Source of the DNA: Bigelowiella natans CCMP2755
Lineage: Eukaryota; Protista; Cercozoa
DNA length: 64,000 bases
Assembly (NCBI GenBank): GCA_000320545.1
Contig: ADNK01000770.1
Span: 45,030-109,029 of the forward strand
Reading direction: 5' to 3'
Positions within the stretch are counted from its first letter, which is position 1, and each line of letters begins with the position of its first letter. Shown here piece by piece: positions 9,871 through 23,572 of the stretch. The position numbers were made by a program, and so were the translations under genes. The notes beneath the pieces are model-generated. The model was given only the letters and a program-made list of their open reading frames with translations, made no database searches and was not told the DNA's origin.

Positions 9871-10577
9871 CCTTCGTCCGCCACCAACGAAGGCGCCCTC
9901 GATCGTTGAGGAACGGTAGCTCGTGTGTTGTGGTGGAAATCCAGCTGCAACCTGATATTGTTGTAAGTGTTGTAGTTATATCTCTCTTTCTGGCAATTAT
10001 CTTATCTGTCTAAAGCTCGGTAGAAACGCAATGGAGAACTGTTGGACTAAATTCCAAGCCAGATATGACAGATTTTTCGGAACTTTGGTTTGTTCTTAGT
10101 GCTCATGATAATGCAATGTTGAACAGGCTTTAGGTTTTATTTTCTTCGACAACGTCAGTAGCTTGACGCATTGGCATAAGGGAATCTATCTTTCGTTTAG
10201 ACCCATAGTTATTTAACCGGCTCTTTTCTGAAATAAGAAATCCGATTGCAGGAGAGCAAGAAAAGGCCGTTTGCTCAGAAACGCTGGACGTTTGGTGACA
10301 GTTTAAGCCAACATTATTTACATCTTCGAGATTTTGCACGGCGATCCGCAAAACGTATTCATGTGAAACCAGAATGTTTCAATTTTTCAGTCTTGCGACA
10401 GGGACGAAGGATGTCGCCAACGAGAAATCCCAAGTGTTTTTAATTGCTTAAGTAGTTATTGGCGGCTCAACTGACAGCATCGAACAAAAAAACAGGTTCT
10501 CCTGTGCACCTCATCTCATTTTTCGGCGGGACAACGCCGACCGCCTCAGTCCTGCGGATTGGACTGTATTGGCAACA

Positions 10578-13500
10578 ATGGATGCGAAGGGGAACCATCA
10601 TGGCACAAATATTTTCAGGGAACAACACCCTCTACTCCGTCGTTCTGAGACCACAGGTGGTCGGTTGAAGCGTCGATGTGGCCTTCTTTGCTTGTGTACA
10701 TTGTCCCTAGTTATATGCCACCTCCTGCCGCAACAAGGCTTGTCGGGCAACATCAAGAGTAAACTGTCCGCCTCTCATTTTCCGTCAATATATGAAAGCT
10801 ATCCTGCAAGTAATTTTGTAACGAGGTTGCGAGGGGGGGCTGCCTCAGCGCGATATGAATTCGGCCGCAAGGTTATACAACAGCACCTAATTAGTATCAT
10901 CCATGATGTTAGCTCAGACGTATAAACGAACCTCGCATAATTGATTTAGGAATCTGCATCTGGTCATAGTGTTGGTGCAACCCCAATGGCACCTATGACC
11001 CCTCATTCCAATTCCTTCGGATCAACCATTACGATGAACTCAGCTGCCAGAAGCCCGAAGAGAGGCAACGAGCAGAGTTTTATTCCAAATGCCGTTGAAT
11101 TATCACAGAACCAGACTAGTGAAGTGAATGCCATCGTTGGATCGGCGATTCGCGAAGGCAAAAGCTGCGCAGAGGTTACTCTTCGGTCGTTCGATTGTGC
11201 CATCATCTACACTTTATGAAATCATGAAGTGAATCAGAACGAGATATATGGTTTCGCCGTTACTTTCATAAGTCTTCTTTATTATTGTGGCAGATGTTTA
11301 TCTACTCACACATAATTTGTACAGATCGGGTCTATTGCGAGAAGGGCCTGCATAGATGTGGGAGTGCCTGCAAACCAAGCATCGTTCGCTGGCGCCAAAC
11401 TAGCGATGAGAGCTACAGCGGCTTTCCTTGCGAGGGGTGGACATTCTGCTGAAAGCATTATTGAAGCTGCAGAGGAGGTTGCAATTAGCGCTGGGTTATG
11501 GGGCAATGAGAAGAAGGTTCTAGCAAGGGACGCCATGCTTGATTCCGTTGTGGACGCTGTAATCGGAGGAAACCGTGCCCCTCAGCATCTCTTCGAGGTG
11601 TTGATGCAAGAAGGTTATTCGTACGAAGACGCTGTGTGGAGGGCGACAGAGCTTGTTGCGAATCGATACTCAATTGTTGTGTTGGAAAGGCGTTCCTCTG
11701 CCGCAGATTTACTGGCCCTCTTGCGAGCGATGCTGAACGAGGGAGGGGAAGGGGACGGGATGTCGAAAGAAGCCGCCATAACTATGCAGTCGGAGGCTGC
11801 TGCGAGACTTGCTTTGGACTCCCTAGCAGAAGCCTCAGCCTTTGCGGGATTCTCAATCCAAGAAATTGTCGCCGTCCTCGAGGAGGTGAGGAAAGCTACT
11901 TCTTGGAAGAAAGCTGGAGCGGACATGGTTCGCTTGATGGCAGACTCCGCGATCAAAGCCGTCGTTAGGTCTAAGTTTCAATGGCAAGACATGAAGAGGT
12001 GCTTGAGAATTGCTGCGGCGATCGGCAAGGAATGCGGGATAACGGCGACCGAGGCTGATAAGAAAGCTATCGAAGCAATACTATCGCATGCAAAAAGTAC
12101 AGCAGGAGCCTCAATCGAGCAGCTCGTCATGGTTGCCAAAGATATTAGGTTGTACGGCCTGTCCAGAGATAATGCTGCTGCCTCCTCTTCCTCCACTTCG
12201 CAACTAAAGCAAACTAAGAGCTCTACTTCCGAGGGGGGGGCTGGAGGAGGCTACTACGAGGAGTCACCGGCGCTGGCTCTGCATGCTTGCTCGGTGGTCG
12301 CTGATATAGTGTGCGAAGATACGCTCTGTAGAGGTGCCAGTGTGGGCCTGGCGGCAAGGGACGCTAAAAACGTGGTAACCGAGTGCGGTTTACAGAACAC
12401 GGAGGTTGCAAGAACGGTCATCAAGTCAATCGTTAAATCAGTTATCTCTCTTGGGGGGTCTGAATCGGAGCTGAACGAGGCCATTCGAACCTCCATTGCA
12501 GAAGTCAAGTTGAGCACGACGCAGGCACAGGTCTTTGGGATAGCCAAGTCGGTTCTCAATAGTTTGAGGTCGATAACAAGCAGTGTCATCGGAATCGGAA
12601 GCACACGGGAGCTGTTCGCAGGCACGCGAGGCGCATATACTGCCGCAGAGCATAGGTGATAATGACGATACTATTTTTTTTTTAATTATCGGCGGCGAGA
12701 CTTTCGTAACGTGTGGCCCACCGCTCGGATACCTTCTTTTTTTTTTTAAGTACATGCATGAAAATCCTTTGCGGCCACGCTGGCTTTCCATTGCGGAGCG
12801 TGTATTCTTCTCTCCGTTATTGTCGTATGAAGTCCTCAGGAGGACGAGTTGGTGCTTTTCAAGCCACCTCTCCTTCCTTCCAACTTACTACTACTCAAAT
12901 TTCCCCCTTCTCCTCCTCCTCACTTAGTGCCAAGGCGGCTGGAATGTCAGTAGCCATCCTGGCCGGTGATGCCGTAGCAAGTGCTATGACGGAAACAGGG
13001 AGGGGGGCAGTTGAGATCGTTCGTGCATGCCGAGTAGCTGTTCTGGCCACGGGGTTCTCTTCCGAAGAAGTCGATGAGATATCTGCACAGGCAACATGCA
13101 AGGCCATGGTATCCAGCTATGGGCAAGGGGTGAGTGTGAATGAGATGCTGGTGCGTGCTGAAGAGGTTAGCCGTGCTGCTGGGCTTGCCGAGGAGAGTAG
13201 CGTGAGGTTGATGGGACAAGTTGCTGCCAACTGTATTATTTCTTCGCAAGCAGCCGCCAGGGGGGCGTCCTCCTCCTCCTCCTCCTCCGCCCCCTCGTCC
13301 TCTTCACCGTCGTCAGGAGAGGGGTCACTCGAATCGACGACGGGGCGCAAGTCATCAAAGGTGGGATCTTCGTTTAGCAAGGAAGCCGCAATGCAGGCCT
13401 TGAGGATGATGGCTGCAGAGGCCCTTTATAACCAACCACGGAACGAGCAGAAAGTGTTAAGCCAAGAGAATGTCGCGATGTTGACCAAGGCAGCCGCCGC

Positions 13501-15099
13501 CGTGGGCCTGAATCAGAGGGAAGCTATGCCTCTGCTGGATGAATTCAATATCTTTGCCACCGCCAATCATGCAATCGCAGCTCATGAAGACAACCTGCAA
13601 CGAGTCTCAGATCTCATACTGGATCAAGTCATCCAGATCCTCTCCACTCATCATTCATCATCTGCCACCTCCTCCTCCCCCCCCTCCAGAGCGGCGATAA
13701 AGAACATGATACAGCTGCTACACAGCACTGTACGTGCCTCCGCAGAGGTGGTAGCGAGTCGCCGAAGATCCCCAGCCGATGTTGCCCACGTATGCATGCT
13801 GGTGAAGGAAGGCCTTTTGGCAGAACAAGGCCACTCGGAGGGGTCTTTCCCCCTCACCTTGTCTTTCGTTGCCATTGCTGAAGGGGTCTCGAGAGCAGGT
13901 GTCGGGGCTAGCTATCTAGGAGAAACTATCAAGGAGATCGTGGCACGGAAAGTGTTGGACGGGATCAATGACGACGACTACGACGACGACGAGCAGCAGC
14001 ACTTTTATGAAGGAGAGCGTGGCGCAGATCTTGCGAGGATGGTGGTCCAGGGAGTACACCATGCAATCACTATCTATGCGAAGGCCTTGTTGCGGGGGGG
14101 CAAGTCGTTGTCCCAGGTTGCCAAAGCAGCGCTGGCCACCTCGCTCGCTGCCGATTTGGAGCAAAAGGTCGCAGGGCACGTGGCCGGGCTGGCATGCTCG
14201 CGTGTCGTGTTCAGCTTGGCCATGGAAGCAAACCGATCAGCCGAGAGCGTTGTCTCAGAAGTAACGGAGATAGTTGAGAGCCTTCCTGCCAGTGTGATGG
14301 AAGGTGGTGGTGGCGGCGGTGGTACCACCGCCGTAGATTACGCGAGGGTTGCCGCGAATATGACTATCACGTGCCTCGCTGATTTCGTTGTAATGCGGCA
14401 GAAAGCGAGTAGCGGTCAAAACGCATTTGAACCCGACCAGCATGTGAGCAAGTGCATGGATGTCGCTGCGGTCGCCGGAATAGATCTGGAACAGTTTGAG
14501 GGGGCGGAGGCGGTGACAAAACTCATCCTCATCACGCTTGCAAATGCGATTATGGATACCACCTGGAGTGCCGCGGGTAGCAGCAGCAGTAGCGGCAGTT
14601 CAGCTTCTTCCTCCTCCGCCTCCTTTCCTTCTGCTCCTCTTGACAAACCTGCCCTGAGCCCTTCCAGCCAGCAAGACCTCATCACCACCTCAAAGCACAT
14701 ACTGCTTGCTCTAGGCCCGAGCATGGAAAAGGCGGCGATGGTGTCCAAGTGGCTAGCGAAGGTTTTGACGACTGCCCAGTGCAAGCCAGAGTCGGTCGTC
14801 GAAGCGGTGATGCACGTGGCGGGCAACTTCGGGCTTCGTACGTATGAGGCTGAGGAGGTTTGCTTGGATGAGATTGCCAACGGTGCTATCTCTCACCGCT
14901 ATACCCCCGAGGAGATAGGAGTGGCTGTAGAGGTATAGGAAGGGAAACGCAGCAGCAGCAGCAGCAGCAGAAGAAGAAGAAGAAGAAGTCGTAGCACATG
15001 TAGTACTCTTTTGGGGGTTTATGGTGTTATAACGGGGTGGAAATGGTGATGATGATTCTGGTGTCGATTCTTGTGTCAAACCTGGCTGTGTTACTTGTG

Positions 15100-15142
<43 letters not shown>

Positions 15143-15165
15143 ACTTGTTCTCTATATATTCTGAG

Positions 15166-15200
<35 letters not shown>

Positions 15201-17316
15201 CACCAAATCACCGCCAACTCAACTCCCTCAGGCAGCGGCGACATACCTTGGAAGAGATAGCGAAGATGCTGCCCGCACGGCAAGCAGGGCCTATATTCGG
15301 AGGAAATTTCCATTCGCGAGCAGCACACATGAGCTGGTCCGCAGTGCAATGGATGCGGCTGTTTCATGCGGCCTTCCCTACCCAAAGGCTGCACAGATCG
15401 TATCGGTAATAGCCGCTGAGGAAACGATGGAGTCATGCCTGGGGGGGGGTCGCATGTCATCGATACCGAGTGCAGTCGAAGCGGCCAAGGACGCTGCTCT
15501 CGCTGCAGGCCTACCGATGAAGGAGGCTAGCCAAATCACTGCGCTCGTGAGCGTTCGCGCGGTGGTGAGGAATCAGCTCAAATCCGACGCATCCGTCATG
15601 ACTACAGCCAAGAGCGCGGTGATGGCAGCGAAGCTTGCAGGCTTGTCGCCCGACGCAGCAGGTCTCACTTCGGCGACACTCATCAGTAAAGAGGTCGCAA
15701 ATTGGATGCTCAGCGAGGAGGCCAAAAGGGGGCACAGCCCCGCCGTCGTAGGCAACATGGCTGCAAAGGCCGCGCTTGCGTGCTGGAGAACGTGCGAGTC
15801 TTTCCACCACGAGCATATTCCAAGCAGCGTGGTGAGCCAATGGCAGGCGGCTGTTGCCGAGGCGATGGTGTACAACGAAGCCGCCCCGGACCACGTCATC
15901 GTTGCCGTGAAGGACCTGGCTATATCTAGCGGCATGTCCTCGTCGGAGAGCAGCCTTTCCACTGCCCGAATAGCTACGCGAGCCATCGTGGACCATCACC
16001 TGCTTCAGGGCAGAGACCACGGCTCCACCGCATCGATAGCCAAATCGATAGCGCGGCTGTGCGGCCTGGAGGATCACAAGGCGTCCGTCGTGTCTGCTGA
16101 TGTCGTCTGCAAGTCCATGATCAACACCATGGGCAACATCGATGACGTCTCGCTGGCACAAAATGCGCTTCGAGCTGTGCTCGCGACCGGCCTCACCACT
16201 GAGGAGGCGGCAAATATCACTGGGAGGGCGATCGCCCAGCCGATGGCAGAAAGGCTCATTCGAGAGGGCGTTGATACGTCTAGTGTGGTGTTGCGGCTGA
16301 CGGATGCAGTGACTGCGTGTGGAATGGCGGACGAGAGCATTGTCAGGAGTTTAGTGGCATTTGCAACGGCAAAATGCGTGGCCGAGGGAAAAGCCGCCGC
16401 AGGAGAGTCTCCCTCGAACGTAGTCCGTGCAGCCCTCGAGGCAGCCCGTGAGGGAGGGGTGAAGAACAAAGATGCCAGAGTGATCGTCACCAAAGTGGCG
16501 GTTAGAGCTGTAGTGGACGCTGCTGTGCGAAAGGGCGGGATTCGTGAAGTGTGCGGGGTGGCACGAGAAGCTGGAGCTGCAGTCGCAGATGTTGGATGGG
16601 ACGAGGAGCACAATCAAGATGAGGTTGCGAAATCTGTTGTCAGAGCAGCGACCGAAGCCATGCTCGTAGCCGGAAGGGATCCCGGGGAAACTGTGGATAA
16701 AGCGAAGAGCCTGTTGAAATGCCTGCAAGACAACAACGAAGATACTCTTGAAGCTCCTTTCACGGACAATCAGAACCTCATGGTGGCGCAGATCGCAGCT
16801 CGAATCCAGGCCGAGCTGCTGGTAGAAGGAGGAACATTGCCCAGGCAAGTCGCGGAGCAGGCTAAGGAAGTAGCATATCTGGCGGGGGTAACTTACGCTC
16901 AAGCCGCTCGGATTGCCACCGAATCCACTATACAGGCTCTCGTGCACGATATGGTGCAAAAAGATCAGCTGCCCTCTGAGATTGCATCGGCAGCGACTGA
17001 GGCCGCACTAGCAGCAAAACTGTCCTTGAAGGAGACGGCGGTATCCTCCGTCGGTAGCATCATGCACAACCTCCACGGCGCTGCCGAGCAAGTTCGCGTC
17101 CGCTTTACTTCGTTCCCCGAGGGTATTGCGGGGATGCTAGCTGTGATGCAGGAAACGGGGAGAGTGATGTACTATCTCGGCATTCTCGCGGTTCGCATCG
17201 CCTCGGTCCCCTTCGAGCTCTACAATTTTGTCTCTGAGCATCTACCCGATGAGGGCCGTCAGAATAAGAACGGGGGTGGCGATGACAAGGAGGCGCGAGC
17301 GGATAATCCTAGCTGA
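10578..17316 (+). CDS. Giant Ala-rich helical-repeat protein (~1979 aa, 5 exons), unknown function
   Basis: Exons 10578-10871, 10950-11174, 11325-12655, 12928-14932, 15232-17316 join in frame via GT-AG introns; N-terminal hydrophobic segment then TRLRGG; recurring 'AA..AGL...EA' units; hydrophobic stretch near C-terminus. Confidence 0.85.
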
Positions 17317-18539
17317 GGGAGCCGTTAGAAGAGCAGCTACCTAACTGCGTTCTATTTAGCATCGAAATAGTGAAGTAACTGTGCATGTGCAAGCTCATTT
17401 GCGGTAGGTGCAGAAGTAAGCGCACAGAGGGATCATAAATGCCTTATACACATGCACACGCACACTCGGACCGCTACGACAAAGTGACAAGACAATATTA
17501 CTGCACGTGATCGTAAAGCATTTACATTTCCACAAAGTAAGTACCATAGGAGATATATACATGTAGAGGAATAACGCACCGCCCTTTCTAGCTTTTGAGA
17601 GGTATGTGCGCCAATGTAGTTATATTAGTACATCATATCATGGCCATTTATTTACAAGTAAAAGCCATGGGTAGCTAAACATGAGATGTCAGCGCAAATA
17701 TTGTGTGTGTGCTTCATTGTTGTGCTTCAATTAGACATGTGTTAATGCTGGCTGCATAAAACTATAAATAAACGCTTGTACGTATGGATTCGTATAGTAG
17801 TATGTTTCGATCTATGCGCATCATAATATGCAACATAGCATGGCTAAAGTCTGTGTGTAACAAACATACGTTTTACATACAACGTCTGCTGGATGTACCT
17901 AGGTACGATACGTATGTACATCTAGTAGCATAGGACATAGACGTTAACGCTAACTGCATTGGTGCGCAGCACTGCTCATGCAATTATTACCTGCACTTAA
18001 AAAAGACCAACCCCGTAGCCCGTACTAGCGTAGCCTAGCGCTATCCGCAATAATCGTAATGTAACATCTTTGCATAGCTACATTATAGAATAACAATTGT
18101 GTCTACTATACTACTACAATTAATAAGCATTTAATCATATCGATCATTGTATCCGTCTCACAACATGATTATAGGATTGTTATATTGTACAGTTGAAACA
18201 CAACGACCGCAGCAGTAGGTAGTCATAGTGACTGTTTGCATTATTTATGTTTGAGGATTGTGAATATACAGTATCGGCCATGTGAAGATGTACCATGCGC
18301 TATGTATAGCTCAGTGCCAACGCGACGCGCGTTTGTATGTGTGACAAAAAATGTGGTACGATACGCGCACGTACAACGAGGATCAATTCAGCAACATGTA
18401 GATAGTAAAGCAAACCATAAGCCAATAATGCCTAGCTCGTCCTATAATGTGGCTTTATTATTATTATTTTTTTTTACTCACAAATACACGCATAGCAGTC
18501 TGGTAGCCCGTATGTAATCCTGAGGATCTATTAAAAGCA

Positions 18540-19529
18540 CTACGGATCCACACTTTCCTCGTGAGCGATAGGCAGCCGTCTTCCTTTCCAGTCGATGGAA
18601 TAGTTTCCTTTCTCATCTACTTCAATACTGTGAACTGAGAGCATCGAAAACACACAAAAACCGTCACGCACCATCAGGGTGATTACTAAGAAACGTGATA
18701 AGGAGCACTTTAACAGATCATTACCAAGTGACTCCGCAATTGAGGAAGCTAGGACACCCATCATACTCTCCTGGGTCTTCGGTATCGTAACCTCGAGAAA
18801 GTAGAAGCAATAACAGGTGAATGATTCAACCAGTCGCTCATTACTCATGTGACGCCCCGAAAAGAGCCCCGAAAGGAGATTACGTACCGGATGGAACAGC
18901 GCCCCACTGGATTCGCAGTATTTCATATTGCCGGGAGTAAATGGAGCTAGTAGTGTTGCCCCTAAAATCATACGTATTAGTTCGTCGTCAACACGGGGGG
19001 AGGGGGTTCCCAGGGTTGGTGATCCTACCGAATCTGAGCTGTTCTTGCTCAGGATTCATGTCGGTGAATACAACAGGAGAGACAGCGAATCGGCAGAAGT
19101 AGTGATCGTATAAGTTGATGCTGAGAAAGGAATAGCTGGGAAGATAATCCACGAAGTCCGCATTCCGTCGGAGTTGAGAGAAGAATCTGAAATTTAATAT
19201 TGTTGGCAAGTATGATTACTCTGTGGTAATGCCTACCAAATCCACTACCTGTCCTTAAAGCGGTCGTCACGTATTTCACCCTCTAGAAAGTCCTCCTTGT
19301 CTATTCGAGCACGAAAAAGCCTCCCCTGTGGTGGTTGATAGCTCATCCCGTTGTTGACGCTGCATGCACGGTCGATTCACACATAACCCTACTGACCTTA
19401 TTATTGACGTAGTAGAAGTAATGCCTCATCCGGTTAAGTTCGTCGTCTGGAGCTTATATACAGCATTGTGCAAAAAGTAGATATCAGGTTTAGCTCAGCT
19501 GTCCCACAATCCGATCAAGGGGCTCTAGA

Positions 19530-19578
<49 letters not shown>

Positions 19579-19910
19579 CGTGACTCGCCCTCACCAAAAT
19601 GTTTACTTGCTACTACCTTTGTATGGGGAATCGTAGTTAATCCACTTCTGCCAGGGCTGCATGTCTCCCGGGCTCGGGCCCCCTCCCCTGGAAAGGTGGT
19701 GGTACACAAATCAGGACAAGTAACTATTTTCATGTCGATTCTGGATAGAAAGTACCGATTGCCACCGTCAGGTGTCGAAGAAGAAGAAGAAGAGGAGGAA
19801 GAGGATGATGATGATGATGCTGACGATGATGAATGAAATCGAGGTTTGCAGAAAAAGATGGGAGGAGGACGCCCACGTTGACTGCGGAGTAACGATGCGA
19901 CCAGATTCAT
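18540..19910 (-). CDS. C8orf82/UPF0598 (DUF4505)-like protein, spliced, mitochondrial-type leader
   Basis: Exon peptides RHYFYYVNNKGRLF, FFSQLRRN..YSFLS, SPVVFT, LLAPFTP..SGALFHP, GVLASSIAESL, WKGRRLPI follow the family pattern in order; start codon inferred. Confidence 0.8.
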
Positions 19911-20170
19911 CACAAAGCGATCACCACCAAACAATTAACGATGAATTTTGAGCCGATGTTACAGGGGGGCAGGGCAACAAGCAGCAGTGTGGGAAGGCAC
20001 TCGTTCCTCGCCGACAACTTGCACACACAGCTCGTATGTGTGGAAAGGTATGATAAATCCCCTCGGATCATACCGCGCGACAACGATTTCGACCTGAAAA
20101 TCGAATATTAATACGGTAGTTAATCGTAACAAATCTGCCCAAAATAAGAGCACCCACCACTGTAACAACC

Positions 20171-22222
20171 ATGCGTCGTCGTCGTCGTTGCCTGGACCCT
20201 ATTTTTTCCTTCGTCTCTCGTTCGCTTCAAAGGACAGGGAGGAGGAGCAGGAGGAGGAGGAGGGGACTGTCGACCACAGCTGTGTACCCATCTCTCGAGG
20301 AGAAGGTCAAGGCTCTAAATTTGAAGTACCTTTTAGTTTCCTTCGACGATCTGTTTGGCGTCACGCGCTCCAAGCTGGTCCCAGCGACAGCTGCGGCGGA
20401 AGTTGAAGCTAACGGAGCCGGCTTTGCAGGGTAGGGGTAGACAAGTATATTGCCTAGCTTTTTCCGTCCGCATTCTAAATCATGATTGTGTTAGGTTCGC
20501 AGCCAACTTCGACATGAGTCCAGCAGATGCCGATATGCTCGCCATGCCGGATTCTGCAACCCTCGTAATACATGATGGAAAGGAGATTAAGCTTTGATTC
20601 AATGGCATTTGATTCCTTCGATTTCAGTAAGATTGTTCGCGAATTGTTGCAAGGTTCGGTTGCCCTGGGACAAGGAAATAGGCTGGGTTGCAAGCACGCT
20701 GGAAGTGAGGGGAAAGCCCCTGGCTCAAGGTGCTCATAATTTCTTTCTTGTTGCTTCGGAACACCCTCATCATTCGATATTTTCACTCAGCTCCGCGAAA
20801 TATACTGAAAAAAGCCTGTGAAAACTTACTTGGTGACCACAAATTGGTGCTGAAGACCGGGTACAAACGTCTCATACTCTGATTTTCGATCGAGTGTTAA
20901 TAGAGCCTTGTGTTCTATAATAAGGGTAGAGTGCGAGTTCTTCTTATTATCTCCTGATGGAAAATCAATAGCCGATTCGCGTGACACAGCTGCGAAGCCT
21001 TGTTATGACCAACAGGCACTGATGAGGCAAAGAGGGTTGTCGTCCAAATTATGAAATTGTTTCCTGCTGCAATTGGTTGAAATGTTGAAATTCATTGCAT
21101 GGCTACTCACCCTTGTCAGATTTATTTGCGAGTTAAATGATGCCATGGGAGAAATGGGTAATGCGTACTTATCATCTGAAGGAACTTATCGACAATGTAC
21201 TTTGTATGCAATTTCGGTGTTTTTGTTGATGTCAGGAGGGTTGTCGTTGTTGTTTGTTCCTAATTATCGTCAGGATTTCCCCCTTACCAAACCGATCATG
21301 AGGATGCAAATGGGCAATTCGAATGCAATTGGGACTATGACCAAGCTCTTGTTCGTGCACCACGCTTCAAAAGTTTTGTTGTTGCTGCTGCTGCTGCTGC
21401 TCCTGCTGTTTTGCCCGAAAGAAGAGATGTAGATGCTATCCTTAAAAACCAATTGCCGATGTTGATTCATGCTATAGTTTTCTGTATCGATAATTGATTG
21501 ATTTTTAGGCTTACTGATTGAATTCAGGTTACAGCTGACCGTCACACGCTGTTCAAATTTACTGTGCGGTCCCTAGCTGAGAGGCACGGTCTTCGAGCAA
21601 CCTTCATGCCGAAACCATTTTCTTATCTCACAGGTAATGAGAGCAGTGATATTCTTCTTCGTTCCTAACCGTACAAGAGGCGAAGTAGCTGCTTTTCTTA
21701 AGTTTAATCTTCTCTATCTAATGTCTGGGAAATGATGCAGGGAACGGCTGCCACGCTCACATCACACTACACCATGCGGGCTCAGGGGAAAATATCTTCA
21801 AAAACCCTGCATCCTCTGGCGATTGTGAAACTAATCTGCTGTCCCCTATTGGAAAGCACTTCGTTGCAGGACTTTTAGAGCATGCCTCAGCACTTTGCGC
21901 GGTTGGTCAATAGATACCATTTCGTTTCCTCTGTCGTTGAATGATGAGAAAATCATTGCAAACTTGTTTGCAAAGAACTCCCGGTATCATCTGGTTTTCC
22001 TTCTTCTTTCGCATCCTCCTTCTCCTTATCATCACCAACACTATCCTCACAATCTTCTTCGTATTCTTCTTCTTTCATGATTTCTAACAATGCTATATAT
22101 CAGATAACCAACCCATGTGTAAACTCATACAAGAGGCTCAGTGCCCCAGCCACCACTTCGGGAGCAACGTGGGCTCCGGTAGAGGATACTTACTGATGCT
22201 ACTACATCAGCAGCGCTATATG

Positions 22223-22254
<32 letters not shown>

Positions 22255-22287
22255 ACTAGTAGTAGTAGTGTTAGTAGACTAGTAGTG

Positions 22288-22318
<31 letters not shown>

Positions 22319-23073
22319 GTTGCAGCATAGGTTTCTATCTGATATACCAAATAGATATCATTTATGTCCCAGTCCCATCACAGATTCTTAATATGATTGT
22401 TAGGCTTCAGCCACTTGGGCAGGAAACAACCGCTCTCACATGATACGCATCCCGGACGCGCCACGAATCGAGCTGCGACTTGCCGATATGTCCACCAACC
22501 CGTGAGTACTGAGTGTGCTATTCGGGACCGAGTGTTAATTAGGGAATATGCTGGGTGTACGTTTCAACAGAGCAGCAACAAGGACTCATTGGCTGCTGCT
22601 GCTGCTGCTCAAATCATAATAACAATAACAACAACAACAACAACGACGACGACGACATATCTTTCGCGTCTTGCACTCACTACTCTCCGCAGGGACCCGA
22701 CACCTATATATGTCCACTTTTTCTGCTATAATTAAACAACACCTCTTTCAGCAACATGAATTTCTCCAGGTATCTCCTGCCGGCTGCCCTACTCAGTGCT
22801 GGAATGAGTGGGGTAGAGAGCAAGATGGACCCTGGAAACCCACATAGCTCGAACGCATACGACGACGCAGATCCTAACAAGATTTTGATCAGGGCGTCCA
22901 CGTTACCGCAAAACCTGTTGGATGCATTGAGAGCTCTTGAGAAGGACTCTGTGATGAGTGAAGGCCTTGGCCTCGAGTGCACTACAGCTTTGATAAAGCT
23001 TCGAAAGGAGCAATGGCTGGATTTTACAAGGCACTTGACTGAATGGGAGCTTAAGAATACACTTGATTGCTAG
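20171..23073 (+). CDS. gmaS: GlnT/GmaS-type glutamate-amine ligase (gamma-glutamylmethylamide synthetase-like), 12 exons, Arg-rich N-terminal presequence
   Basis: Exons give SFDDLFGVTRSKLVP, GAGFAGFA, LPW, KTGVECEFFL, KPCYDQQALMR, DHEDANGQFE.NWDYD, RATFMPKPF, GNGCHAH, NSYKRL.AP.T.SGATWAP, GNNRSHMIRIPD, NLLDALRAL and C-terminal TLDC, characteristic of bacterial GlnT/GmaS. Confidence 0.92.
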
Positions 23074-23572
23074 CGTCGGTGCATCGAAGGGAATTAAAAT
23101 TCGTATGACGTCATAGAATATTCGCGTCATCTATCTACGATTCCTTACCATGTAAATAAATATAACCGCCTTTTTATATTGAAACATGCACATATGAATA
23201 GACTTTAATAGATCACAAGTTCTTTCTATTGCATTGCTATAGCTGGCGCGATTACTGCTTTACGTAATGTGCACTTCCGAGTCATGTATATAATGCATAC
23301 GCGTGTGGCGCCTAGCTTTTACGCGGAATTACTTTTTATTTTAACAACACTATTATCGTACACATAATATGTAATAAAACGCACATGAGTGTCAACTAAT
23401 GATGGTAGCAGGACTCATAGTATTTGGTAATTGCTCTGTGCCAATAATTTGCATACATGATGTTCAGTCCACGCACTTGCATTTCAGAAGAGGCGAAACA
23501 GCATCTACCCGGTGAAGATTCAGTTTATTTGCATATAAGCGATGAAATTATATCAAGTACAGATTTTTTTTT

